Below, piece by piece: positions 39,335 through 48,643 of a stretch of 64,000 bases of DNA. The notes beneath the pieces were generated by a model. That model was not told the DNA's origin and did not search any database. It was given only the letters and a program-made list of their open reading frames with translations. Numbering within the stretch: the stretch's first letter is position 1; each line of letters begins with the position of its first letter. The translations under genes and the position numbers were made by a program. Source of the DNA: Candidatus Spyradenecus sp. (GTDB taxonomy: Bacteria > Verrucomicrobiota > Verrucomicrobiia > Opitutales > UBA953); contig JAZSKX010000014.1 in NCBI GenBank assembly GCA_045535075.1, positions 64,001-128,000 on the forward strand, in the 5' to 3' direction.

Positions 39335-40215
39335 GGTTCGTAAGCGTTAATATCGTTTTCCAATAGACTTTTTCGGAAAGAGCGGATGCTTTGCTCCATT
39401 ACGGTTTGCGCTTGTTGCAACGTTCCCGCGTAGAGAATTCGAAGCTGCAAAAAAGGAAGCAAATGTTGCTTGAAGGCTTTGTCCAGCTCTTGCGGAAACG
39501 CGTCGTTGATTTTCAGCCACGACATAACGCGGGCATCGACAAGCGGGCGAAACGGTTCCATAAGGTCATAGGCAAGCGGCGTGGAGCGCTCTGCGGTAGC
39601 GTGCCCGATTCCGAACGTCGGATCTAACCCGTAAGCGTAGCAAAGCTGCAACACGCGTGCGAGCAAGACGGAATAGCCGTAATCCAAGAAAGAATTAATA
39701 ATACCTTCTCCGCGGGAACGCAAAAAGGCATCTGCGTCCAAATGCTTACGGAAAACACTCCAAAACAAACGACTTACCGTGCTTTCGCGGGCGCGGTAGC
39801 GGAGAAATTTTTGAGTTTCGATATCGGCAACGGCGGGCGCATTGGGCTCCCAAGTTGAAGCTAAAATGCCTTGGTTGTGGCATTTGGCATCGAGTGTTTT
39901 TTGCCAAAGCTCTTTGATGAATTTTGGATTCGCATGTTCCCAAGTCCGTGTCAATAGAGTGTCCGTGCTACGAATCGCAGGCAGGACGATGCAAACCGGC
40001 TTAAAGGCTTCACAAAGAATGACTCCGATCCCGCGCTTGGCGGCTTCTGTCAGAAGCCGCATCTCGATTTTTGCCGAAAACGAGCAAACGATGATTGCAC
40101 CGACATCGTCGAGCGGGATTTGTTGCGTTCCCGCGTCCGACGTGCAAATAAACTGCCCGCGCGCGCAATTGAGTTCCGCAGTTGGGCTTTCGATCGTGAT
40201 TACATGGTAGGACAA
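39298..40215 (-). CDS. cas1: CRISPR-associated endonuclease Cas1 (type II)
   Basis: TTG start; NSFLDYGYSVL, GLDP.FGIGH, LAYDLMEPFRP.VD. Confidence 0.95.
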   Translation of the reverse strand: MSYHVITIESPTAELNCARGQFICTSDAGTQQIPLDDVGAIIVCSFSAKIEMRLLTEAAKRGIGVILCEAFKPVCIVLPAIRSTDTLLTRTWEHANPKFIKELWQKTLDAKCHNQGILASTWEPNAPAVADIETQKFLRYRARESTVSRLFWSVFRKHLDADAFLRSRGEGIINSFLDYGYSVLLARVLQLCYAYGLDPTFGIGHATAERSTPLAYDLMEPFRPLVDARVMSWLKINDAFPQELDKAFKQHLLPFLQLRILYAGTLQQAQTVMEQSIRSFRKSLLENDINAYEPWMAIDSKWAGC

Positions 40216-43200
40216 AGCGTTCCCGTGTAGCGAGGTTTGAGGATTTTGATTCCGGATCGGAGAAGCGTGTTTAAAACAACACCTTGCTTCGAATCTGGAG
40301 TGCCATTTTCCAACTTTATTTTATCTAAAGAATTCAGGTCTAACCAAATGCCCCGAATGGTATCTTTAATCGAAACAACGACCCACACACCCTTGTAATT
40401 ACCGGACAAAACTTCAATTTGTTGCCCGCGCCTCAAGATTCTCACCGGATTACCGCCGTTGCGCTCCCGCAGTTCCCGTAGCTTGGGGAAGACTTTAAAA
40501 TGCGGAATAACAACAGGTTCCGGATCAAGCGCGCAACCCCAATTTTCACAAATTTTCATAACGCCTTTGATATTTTTCAGCTTACTCTTTTTCTCTGCGG
40601 GAACGTTGTATCCGAGAAGTAATGACGGCTTTTCCGAGCCGAATTTAACAAAGCGTTTTCCTGAAGAATCAAGGCGTTCTTGCTTCGGTCCGCTTGTATG
40701 CTGCGATAGCGAAACTTTGTTGCCTTCGCCCTCTGTACCCTTGATGCTCCACGTCGTTTGTTCGACGGACATCCCGTGCATTTTTGCGGGAACGTGCTGA
40801 ACAACCCGGCATTCTTTGAGCCGCGCAGAAATCGCGTTTATCAAAGATTCCGGAAGTTCCTTCATCCTGATTTTTCCGCTCTCCGAAAAATCCAGAAGAT
40901 GTTCATACTTTGCATGAAGGATAAGGCGTTCCCGTTCCGTGAGATGGCGTTTCACGAGAAGTTTCCAATCCTCGGTGCGGAAAAAGATTCCGGTCAAGCC
41001 TTGAGTTACCGCGTCCATCGCATGGTGCAAGTGAGAAAGCTCCCGCATTTCCGATTTCGTCAATTTTCGGGAATCGTTGTCCCCGACACGCGCGATGCGT
41101 TGCATGCGCGGGACGGCTGCAACGAGGCACTCGTCAATGTTGAGATTTTTGCGAACGAATCCGGTAATCGCTCCCGCGAGATGGCGCGCGTGGATATTGA
41201 GATTTCTCTTTACGAGGCGAATCGCCATTTTGTTCAAATGCGAAGTCTGCGTAAGGTCGCGTTCGGTAAAATCAGCGTTGCGCTCGTCATATCTTTCAAG
41301 AAGCAAAAGCTCGGCGCGTCGGCGACACCGCGCTTGGTCTTCTTTGGAAAATCCCTTACGCAGTTTTTGCTTTTTGTGTGCGTCCACCCATTCCGTAAAG
41401 TTTTTAAGCGGTTGAATTTGGATGTTTAATCCGGGAACGTTTTTCCCGGCGAATTCCTTCATAAATTGCATTGCCGTACGTTGACCTTTCAAATCGTTTA
41501 CCGCTCGAAAAGTCATCACACACGAACTGAGCGCGTCAGACGGGCGCAACGAACGCGGAATAATGTGTTCAATATCCAAAATTCCGCCAAACAAATGCGG
41601 ATAATCAATCTTTTGCCCCGTGTAAGGACACGTAAAATTCTGGTCTTCAAGCAAGCGAGCCTTACGAATCAGCGAGCCGTTTACAACAATCCCTGCTTCA
41701 TCTGCCGCGTCCTCCAATTTTTTTGACACCAGCGAGAAATTTGCATTCTTCTCGTTGAGTTTTGCGGCAATTTCTTTCGAGTTCATTCCGGAAAATTCCC
41801 TTAAATCCCGAACGACTTCGATGATGACATCGCCGATATTTTCCGCGTTCCCGTCGGCGTATTCTTCGATAATGTCTTCCAACAAGCGGGAAAAGATCAA
41901 AAGACGGTGGCGTACCATGTGGTTGTTCGTCTGAGACGCAATCCACTTTTCGGTTGAATCTGCGGCGATGTCTTGTTCAACCCGTCCGAGCAAACGTTCC
42001 CGAATTTCTTCCGTCTCATACAAACAACCGCCGCTTTGCGTCGAATCCGTTCCCGCGAGAGCCTCCTCGAATGTTTTCCTAAGAATTTCGCGACAATAGC
42101 TTGCGCGCCCGCTCGGGAAATCGGCTTTAAATTTCAGATTTTTCAGATTCCGCCGTTTCCCGGATTTCCTTCTGTTTTCCGCATTTTGTAAAGTTTCAAG
42201 AACGGCGTGAAATTGCGCTTCCGCCTGCCAATTGCCCCACGTATTCATTTGTTCGATACATGCGGAAAGCTTTAATGTTTCTCCGCGCGCGAGCTTTGAC
42301 GCGAAAATCTTTTTCCCGCGATCGGAGAAGTATTTCCATAAATCTTTGATATATGTTTTCTTGGCGAGGAGTTTTTTCACGGGATCGAGAACGAGAGCGT
42401 CCTCCATTTCTTCTGTGAGAAAATAACTTTCCGTGTTGGCGGGTTTACAACCGGAAACTTCCTCAAGCGCGGCATTGATTGATTTTTTATCAAAGAAACC
42501 GACTTCCTGCATTTTCGCATGAAGGGCTTCGCGTTCCCGCGGAAGCAAAACGCGGACGTTCCCGTCAACGCCGAAAACCGTGAGATTATTCATCAAGCGT
42601 CCCCAGCGATACAGCAGATATTCCCGGCAGGATTTTAGCGGTACATTTTTTCCGGTGATGCGGCATTTGCCGATGATGCGGTTATCAAAACGCGGAACGT
42701 ATTGCCCGAAAAGTAATCCGCCTTTATCCGAAAACCTCGCGGGAAGATCTAGCGCGGAAACAACGTTTCCCGGAACCGCTTTCGTTAACGTGTCCATGAC
42801 GGCTTCGTCCAATTCCGGCAAAACGTTGATGTGCATCGAAAGAATTTTGCGCGTTTCCGCTTCCACGACATCGCGCGGGAACGCCGCGTTTTTCTCCTTA
42901 AAATAAACACGAGATGATTTTTTGTCGCCGAGAGGATTTAGTCCGAGGACGGCGCAAAACGTTTCCGCCATGCTTCTCGTTCCGTATTTCTCCATGAGAG
43001 AGCGTGCCGTATTCACTTTTTCAGTGTCTTCGCCGAGTTCTTCTTCCTCATCCAACGAATCGCCCGCCCAGAGCGCGTTCCCGTCGTAGCCGCGATTGTG
43101 TGCATACCAGCGAAGTACCGCCCAAAGCTCCTGCCACGAAAGTTTTTCGGAACCGGCGGACGCCAAAACGCGGGCGGCGAGAAACCACGGATAGCTGTTT

Positions 43201-43463
43201 GCGTTTTCGTTGAGTTGCGCTTTCGTAAGAACGCCCAAGGACTCCAAATAATTTTTCAAATGCGCAACGCGGGAACGCTTCGCCGCAATATTTCTGCGGG
43301 AACGCCGAAGTTCCCGACGCGCCGAAGCAAGACAGGAGTCCTTCGGGAAGAGAATCGTCCCGGCACCGAGCGACTCCGGAAATGTTTCTGAAACACGAAA
43401 AACGGACCAGCCGATAGACGCGTGACCGATGTCGAAAGAAAGAGTCAATTTTTGAGGAGGCAT
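40200..43463 (-). CDS. cas9: Type II-C Cas9 (1087 aa from ATG 43463)
   Basis: RuvC-I SFDIGHASIGW, Arg-rich bridge helix, RuvC-II IIEVVRD, HNH CPYTG...DIEHIIPRS...VNDLKG, RuvC-III HLHHAMDA. No csn2 or cas4 in the locus. Confidence 0.97.
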   Translation of the reverse strand: MPPQKLTLSFDIGHASIGWSVFRVSETFPESLGAGTILFPKDSCLASARRELRRSRRNIAAKRSRVAHLKNYLESLGVLTKAQLNENANSYPWFLAARVLASAGSEKLSWQELWAVLRWYAHNRGYDGNALWAGDSLDEEEELGEDTEKVNTARSLMEKYGTRSMAETFCAVLGLNPLGDKKSSRVYFKEKNAAFPRDVVEAETRKILSMHINVLPELDEAVMDTLTKAVPGNVVSALDLPARFSDKGGLLFGQYVPRFDNRIIGKCRITGKNVPLKSCREYLLYRWGRLMNNLTVFGVDGNVRVLLPREREALHAKMQEVGFFDKKSINAALEEVSGCKPANTESYFLTEEMEDALVLDPVKKLLAKKTYIKDLWKYFSDRGKKIFASKLARGETLKLSACIEQMNTWGNWQAEAQFHAVLETLQNAENRRKSGKRRNLKNLKFKADFPSGRASYCREILRKTFEEALAGTDSTQSGGCLYETEEIRERLLGRVEQDIAADSTEKWIASQTNNHMVRHRLLIFSRLLEDIIEEYADGNAENIGDVIIEVVRDLREFSGMNSKEIAAKLNEKNANFSLVSKKLEDAADEAGIVVNGSLIRKARLLEDQNFTCPYTGQKIDYPHLFGGILDIEHIIPRSLRPSDALSSCVMTFRAVNDLKGQRTAMQFMKEFAGKNVPGLNIQIQPLKNFTEWVDAHKKQKLRKGFSKEDQARCRRRAELLLLERYDERNADFTERDLTQTSHLNKMAIRLVKRNLNIHARHLAGAITGFVRKNLNIDECLVAAVPRMQRIARVGDNDSRKLTKSEMRELSHLHHAMDAVTQGLTGIFFRTEDWKLLVKRHLTERERLILHAKYEHLLDFSESGKIRMKELPESLINAISARLKECRVVQHVPAKMHGMSVEQTTWSIKGTEGEGNKVSLSQHTSGPKQERLDSSGKRFVKFGSEKPSLLLGYNVPAEKKSKLKNIKGVMKICENWGCALDPEPVVIPHFKVFPKLRELRERNGGNPVRILRRGQQIEVLSGNYKGVWVVVSIKDTIRGIWLDLNSLDKIKLENGTPDSKQGVVLNTLLRSGIKILKPRYTGTLCPTM

Positions 43464-43514
43464 AGGGGCAAAATACAAGAAATTAAACGCATTTGTGATG
43501 ATTGAAAAAATAAC

Positions 43515-43542
43515 TTGCGCTACAAGGAGTTTAAAGCACAAT
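43515..43542 (+). promoter_or_regulatory. Candidate sigma70 promoter for the tracrRNA
   Basis: TTGCGC-N16-CACAAT just upstream of the anti-repeat. Confidence 0.4.
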
Positions 43543-43548
43543 TAGTTT

Positions 43549-43663
43549 CGTCTTTTAGGAATCAAGACAAAGTTAATTAAGGCAGTTTGCTTCCCTTTCG
43601 TTCATGACGATACATTCAAATTCTGAAAGCCTTTTAAAAACCGCTCGTAAGGGCGGTTTTTTT
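43549..43663 (+). ncRNA. tracrRNA candidate
   Basis: Anti-repeat CTTTTAGGAATCAAGACAAAGT (43552-43573) versus repeat reverse complement CTTTTGGAATCAAGGCAAAGC; nexus-like AAGGCA-GTT-TGCTT; terminator AAAAACCGCTCGTAAGGGCGGTTTTTTT. Confidence 0.85.
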
Positions 43664-43757
43664 GTGTGGAGAAAATTCGACATGTTTTTCGGCTGATGTC
43701 GGGGCGGTAAAAATTGTTTTCACTTGGCGGGGGGAATTTGAGAGGATAGAACACAAG

Positions 43758-44891
43758 ATGTTTTCTTCTTTTCAAAAAAAGTTGATTGCGGGGGCGGTGA
43801 GCGGGCTTGCGATTGTGGTTTTGTTGGCTCTTGTGGTCGGCTCGATCGGGATGGCGGCAAAGTTTATTGCGGCGTTCAATACGGTTATTTGGCCTTTGGT
43901 GATTGCGTCTCTTCTGGCGTTACTTTTACAGCCGATTTGTGATTTTTTGGAGTTGCGCTTGCGCTTCCCGCGTCCGCTCGCGATTTTCTCGATTTTTGTT
44001 TTATTGGCGTTGGCGGTTGCGGGAATGCTGTTTTGGTTTGTTCCCGTGATTATTCGTCAGGCGACGGAGTTTATTCAGCACATTCCGGTATTATGGGGGC
44101 AGCTTTTGGAAAATTGTCCGGCGTTGGCAGATTGGATTGAAGAACGTTTGGAGGACGGCGGGATTGTTGAGCGGATTCGCGAGAATCGGGAACTCGGAGC
44201 ACATCTTAAGGCGGTGGCTTCGGCTGCGCTTCCGAAGTTACAACAGATTTGGATGAAAGCGGAAGGACTTTTCGCTCAGGTGGTTGCGGCAGCCGTCGTG
44301 CCGATTTATTTTTATTATTTCATCAATGAACGACGTGATTTAATCGGAAAGGTCGAGACGGAGTTTGCCGCGATTATTCCGCGTAATGTTGCCGCAGATA
44401 TGGCATTTTTGATGCGGCAGTTCCGCGACATCGTTATTGCGTTTTTCCGCGGTCAATTCATTGTCGTAACGTGCTACGGGATTATTCTTGCCGTCGGCTT
44501 TTTCTTTTCCGGGCTTCCCGGCGCGATTCTTTTCGGGCTTGGGCTTGGCTATCTGAATATGATTCCGTATTTCGGTACGGTTGTCGGTCTGTGCGTGATT
44601 CTTCCGATTGCGTTTTTTTCCGGCGGGATTTGGATGCTTGCCGCCGTTATCGGTGTTTTCTGTGTTGCCCAGCTTGCTGAAGCCTACTGGCTTACGCCGA
44701 AAATTATGGAGCGCCACACGGGCTTACACCCGATGATAATCATGATTTCAATCTTCTTTTGGGCGATTGCGCTCGACGGAATTCTCGGTATGATTTTGGC
44801 GGTGCCGCTGACGGCATTTTTCGTCGTTTTCTGGCGCTTATTAAAAGAACGTTATCTAACGAAAAAAACGCCTACGCTTTTGCAGGATTAA
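43758..44891 (+). CDS. AI-2E-family (PerM-like) transporter
   Basis: Multiple TM helices; FFRGQF, NMIPYFG, LTPKIM...GLHP, GILGMILAVP. Confidence 0.92.
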   Translation: MFSSFQKKLIAGAVSGLAIVVLLALVVGSIGMAAKFIAAFNTVIWPLVIASLLALLLQPICDFLELRLRFPRPLAIFSIFVLLALAVAGMLFWFVPVIIRQATEFIQHIPVLWGQLLENCPALADWIEERLEDGGIVERIRENRELGAHLKAVASAALPKLQQIWMKAEGLFAQVVAAAVVPIYFYYFINERRDLIGKVETEFAAIIPRNVAADMAFLMRQFRDIVIAFFRGQFIVVTCYGIILAVGFFFSGLPGAILFGLGLGYLNMIPYFGTVVGLCVILPIAFFSGGIWMLAAVIGVFCVAQLAEAYWLTPKIMERHTGLHPMIIMISIFFWAIALDGILGMILAVPLTAFFVVFWRLLKERYLTKKTPTLLQD

Positions 44892-44900
44892 AAATCGATT

Positions 44901-46343
44901 ATGCCGGACTTAGGATTTTCTCAGTTTCAGAAGCTGTCGCAGGAGCAGACGCTTTCGCCGCAGATTATCCGTGCGTTAAATTTGTTGCAGACTCCGTCGC
45001 CGGAGCTCGGGCGCGAGATTTCCGAAGAACTTGCCAAAAACCCGCTTTTGGAGCTTTCCGATGACGGGCGTTCTCCGCTTGCAATGCAGCTTCCCGAAAA
45101 CCCTGAAACTCCGCGTGAGTCGACGACGAGAGAACTTCCCGAAGACGGAGAGGACAATGCCTTGCGGCGCGATGATTGGCGGGAACGCGATGATTTTCCG
45201 AGCTATACGCGCGTTTGGACGCGGGAGGACGATGAGCGTCGCGCGCATCTTTTCAATTCGCTTGTCGAAAAAGATTCGCTTCACGATGTTTTGGACGAAC
45301 AAATCGGTCTTGCCGACGCGGATGCGGGAACGCAGAACATTTTGCGGGCAATTGCCGAACGATTGGACGAGAAGGGCTTTCTTGAAGTTCCCGTCGAAGC
45401 GCTTGCTGAGGAAATCGGCGTTCCCGTGCGAAAAGTCGAGCAGGCGCTTGATATTTTTCAGGGCTTTGAGCCGGCGGGAATCGGAGCGCGTAATCTGCGG
45501 GAGCTTTTTAAAATTCAATTAAAACGCAACGGGCGGGAACGTTCGTTGGCGTATCGCATTGTCGATGAAGCTTATGAGATGTTTCTCGGAAGAAAGTTTC
45601 CGGCGATTGCTGACCGGTTCGGTGTCAGCGATTCGGCTTTGCGCGACGCAATCGAAGAAATTTCGCGCATCAATCGCGTTCCCGCGAAGGATTTTGTAGC
45701 CGACGACAATCGCGAGATTTTCCCGGATTTGACTTTTTTCTTTGATGAAGAAAATGCGGTTTGGTCCGTGAAGTCTAATTTCGACTACGTTCCGAAGTTG
45801 CGAATTTCCCGAGACTACAAGCAAATGCTTGCGACCGGAAAAATTCCGGAAAAAGAACGTGCGTATTTTACGGAAAAATTACGCGACGGAAAATCGTTGA
45901 TTACCGCATTGGAGGAGCGCTGTAAGACGATTGAAAAAATCGGAAAGGTGCTTTTGGAAATCCAAGAAGATTTTCTTGAAAAAGGACCGGCGGCATTGCG
46001 CCCGCTGACGATGGCGGAGGTGGCTTCCTGTATCGAAATGCACGAAACGACGGTTTCCCGTGCAGTCGCCAATAAATACGCCGAAACGCCTTGGGGTATT
46101 TGGGAATTGCGCAAGTTTTTTACCGCCTCGATTCCGACAAATTCGGGCGTGTCGATGTCCAATGCCGGTGTCCGGGAAGTACTCAAGGAAATTCTCGCCG
46201 AGGAGCCGCCGACGGCACCGCTGAGCGACGAAAAAATAGCGGAAGTGCTTGCCGAGCGCGGGATTCAGGTTGCCCGGCGCACAGTTGCCAAATATCGCGG
46301 CATGTTGAATATTCCTCCTGCGCATCTTCGCCGAAAATTTTAA
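44901..46343 (+). CDS. rpoN: RNA polymerase sigma-54 factor
   Basis: NPLLE, EPAGIGARNL, HETTVSRAVANKY, RpoN box ARRTVAKYR. Confidence 0.97.
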   Translation: MPDLGFSQFQKLSQEQTLSPQIIRALNLLQTPSPELGREISEELAKNPLLELSDDGRSPLAMQLPENPETPRESTTRELPEDGEDNALRRDDWRERDDFPSYTRVWTREDDERRAHLFNSLVEKDSLHDVLDEQIGLADADAGTQNILRAIAERLDEKGFLEVPVEALAEEIGVPVRKVEQALDIFQGFEPAGIGARNLRELFKIQLKRNGRERSLAYRIVDEAYEMFLGRKFPAIADRFGVSDSALRDAIEEISRINRVPAKDFVADDNREIFPDLTFFFDEENAVWSVKSNFDYVPKLRISRDYKQMLATGKIPEKERAYFTEKLRDGKSLITALEERCKTIEKIGKVLLEIQEDFLEKGPAALRPLTMAEVASCIEMHETTVSRAVANKYAETPWGIWELRKFFTASIPTNSGVSMSNAGVREVLKEILAEEPPTAPLSDEKIAEVLAERGIQVARRTVAKYRGMLNIPPAHLRRKF

Positions 46344-46537
46344 AATTTCCCGGCATCGCGCCGCGAAGCTTTTTGCGAAACGAATCCGCCTCCGTGATTC
46401 GGCTTCCGGTATCACGCAAGATTAGTTGTTTTGCAAAAGTTGTTTTGAGAAACTTAGGTCGTGTGAAAATCTTTGTCGCGTTCTTGCGGGAACGTTGATT
46501 ATAATCGGCGAAAACATTTTTATCCCGCTCCGATTCC

Positions 46538-47710
46538 GTGAAAATTCTCTCTCGCTACATGTTTGTTCAGCTCGCGACCGCCGTGGTGATGTCGCTCGGG
46601 CTTTTCATTTTCGTTTTGGTTACCGGTAATGTGTTGCGGCGCGTTGTCGGCGAATTGGTAAACGGGCGTATTTCGATTCCGATGCTTTTCGAGATTATCG
46701 GCTTGATCTGCGTCAGTGTCGTTCCGTACGCGATGCCGCTGGGAATGCTGACGGGCGTTTTGCTGATTCTCGGGCGCATGTCGTCTTCAAACGAAATTCT
46801 TGCGATGAAGGCTTCGGGAATGAATCTTTGGCGTATCGTTTCGCCGATTTTCTTTATCGCATTTATCGGAGTCTGCGTTTCCGCCTACATCAATTGTTTT
46901 TGGGCACCGAGTGCGACCAATAAATACCGGACCATTCTCAAAAGCACATTTCGCGATTCCCCGACAAAGCTCATCGTCCCGGGAACGCTTTTTACGGAAT
47001 TTCCGGGATATTCGATTTACGCTGAATCGCGGGAAGGCGATGAGTTGAGGAATTTTTGGATTTGGGAACTGGACAAGGCTTCGCGCCCGATTCGAACGAC
47101 TCATGCCGAAAAAGCTTCAATCCGATTCGTCGAAGCGCAAGGCATTGACGACGAAGATTCGTTGAGCATTGAGTTGACAAACGCCGTTACCGAAGAACGT
47201 TCCCGTAAACATCCGGACAAAATTGCGGACGAGCATTTGCGCTTTTCCAACATTGAACGCGTACCGAAAATATCTATTTCGCTCGGCAATATTTTGAGCA
47301 AAGACGTTGTCTCCAAGAAAAAACGAAAGTTGCGCTGGTTTACCTTGCCGGAGCTTTTCGAGTTACGCGAAGAAGGTTGGCGTTGTGATCCGAAAACGGC
47401 TTCGGAAGAAGAACTTTTTGCCGAACGCGTGCAGATTCAGTTCCAAATGCAGAACTACCTGACTTCTGCCGTTGCCTGCTTCTCGCTCGCGATTTTGGGA
47501 ATTCCGCTGGGCATTCGGGTTTCCCGATCGGAGACATTTGTAAACATCGGCATTGCGCTGGCGCTGGCGCTGACATTTTACATGCTGACGACGTTTATTT
47601 CATGGCTGGAAGATCATCCGAGCCTGCGTCCGGATATTCTTGTTTGGATTCCGAACATTCTCTATCAGGTGGTCGGGTTTATTCTTTTGCGAAAAGCTGC
47701 CAAAAATTAA
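46538..47710 (+). CDS. LptF/LptG-family LPS export permease
   Basis: KILSRY, GRMSSSNEILAMKASG, LGIPLG, WIPNIL. Confidence 0.88.
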   Translation: MKILSRYMFVQLATAVVMSLGLFIFVLVTGNVLRRVVGELVNGRISIPMLFEIIGLICVSVVPYAMPLGMLTGVLLILGRMSSSNEILAMKASGMNLWRIVSPIFFIAFIGVCVSAYINCFWAPSATNKYRTILKSTFRDSPTKLIVPGTLFTEFPGYSIYAESREGDELRNFWIWELDKASRPIRTTHAEKASIRFVEAQGIDDEDSLSIELTNAVTEERSRKHPDKIADEHLRFSNIERVPKISISLGNILSKDVVSKKKRKLRWFTLPELFELREEGWRCDPKTASEEELFAERVQIQFQMQNYLTSAVACFSLAILGIPLGIRVSRSETFVNIGIALALALTFYMLTTFISWLEDHPSLRPDILVWIPNILYQVVGFILLRKAAKN

Positions 47711-47727
47711 CTCTAGCGGGAACGAAA

Positions 47728-48483
47728 ATGGAAAACGCCGAATTAAAAAAACTTTTGAAAATCGCCGAAGATGCGGCACGCGACACGGGCGCAATTTTGC
47801 GTGCCGGCGGCAATCGTAGCGTGTCTTTAAATTCGGCGACCGATGTGAAACTTGCCGCAGACGTCGATTCCGAAAAACTTGTGCGGGAACGCCTTGGAGC
47901 AACCGGACTGCCGATTATCGGTGAAGAACTCGGCGGCGATCCCGCGCTTTATGATACGGCGGGAGCGTTTTACTGGGTCGTCGATCCGCTCGACGGAACG
48001 TTTAATTATCAGCGCGGGCAACCGCTCACCTGCGTCAGCATCGGCCTGATGTGCGGGAGCGAGCCGGTTCTTGGCGTTATTTATAATTTTAATGCCGATG
48101 AAATGTTTTCCGGATTTGTAGGCGAAGGCGTTTTCTTAAACGGAGAAAAAATCGTTCCCGCATGGGCGACGGAGATTTCGCAGGCTTGCCTGATGACCGG
48201 GTTTCCCGCGCTTGCGGACAAATCGCCCGAGGCGCTTGCTCCGTTCATCGCGGAAGTCGGCATGTTTAAAAAGATTCGCATGATCGGGACGGCGGCGCTT
48301 GCCGTTGCATACGTCGCCGCCGGACGCGCCGATGTTTACAGCGAAAAAGGCACGAATCTTTGGGACGTCGCTGCGGGAATGGCGCTTGTCAAAGCTGCCG
48401 GCGGGTTTATCAAAATCGAGACAACCGGAAAACGCGCATTGAATTTTAATTTGCGCTGTGCCGCTCGCGAAGAGTGGCTTTAA
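47728..48483 (+). CDS. Inositol monophosphatase family protein (SuhB-like)
   Basis: IIGEE, WVVDPLDGTFNY, LWDVAAG. Start at ATG 47728. Confidence 0.9.
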   Translation: MENAELKKLLKIAEDAARDTGAILRAGGNRSVSLNSATDVKLAADVDSEKLVRERLGATGLPIIGEELGGDPALYDTAGAFYWVVDPLDGTFNYQRGQPLTCVSIGLMCGSEPVLGVIYNFNADEMFSGFVGEGVFLNGEKIVPAWATEISQACLMTGFPALADKSPEALAPFIAEVGMFKKIRMIGTAALAVAYVAAGRADVYSEKGTNLWDVAAGMALVKAAGGFIKIETTGKRALNFNLRCAAREEWL

Positions 48484-48643
48484 ACCTGCGGGAACGCGCT
48501 TTTTTGCCGACAGATTTTACGCGCCGACTTTGCTCGCGTCTCGCTTCGCGGGAACGCAAGGCGGAGCCTTTTCCGTCGGATAAATTTCTCGTTGTTGCGC
48601 GGGAAAGGGTTTTTCTTTTTAATTAACCCTTAATTTTAAAGTT

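Noticed and set aside
38937..43760. csn2, cas4 or accessory/anti-CRISPR genes in the locus
   Set aside because: There is no room and no supported ORF, so the locus is called II-C.
43758..44300. G/T-skewed 5' half of the AI-2E transporter as foreign DNA
   Set aside because: Largely explained by hydrophobic codons; the ORF is continuous and carries a motif-like site.
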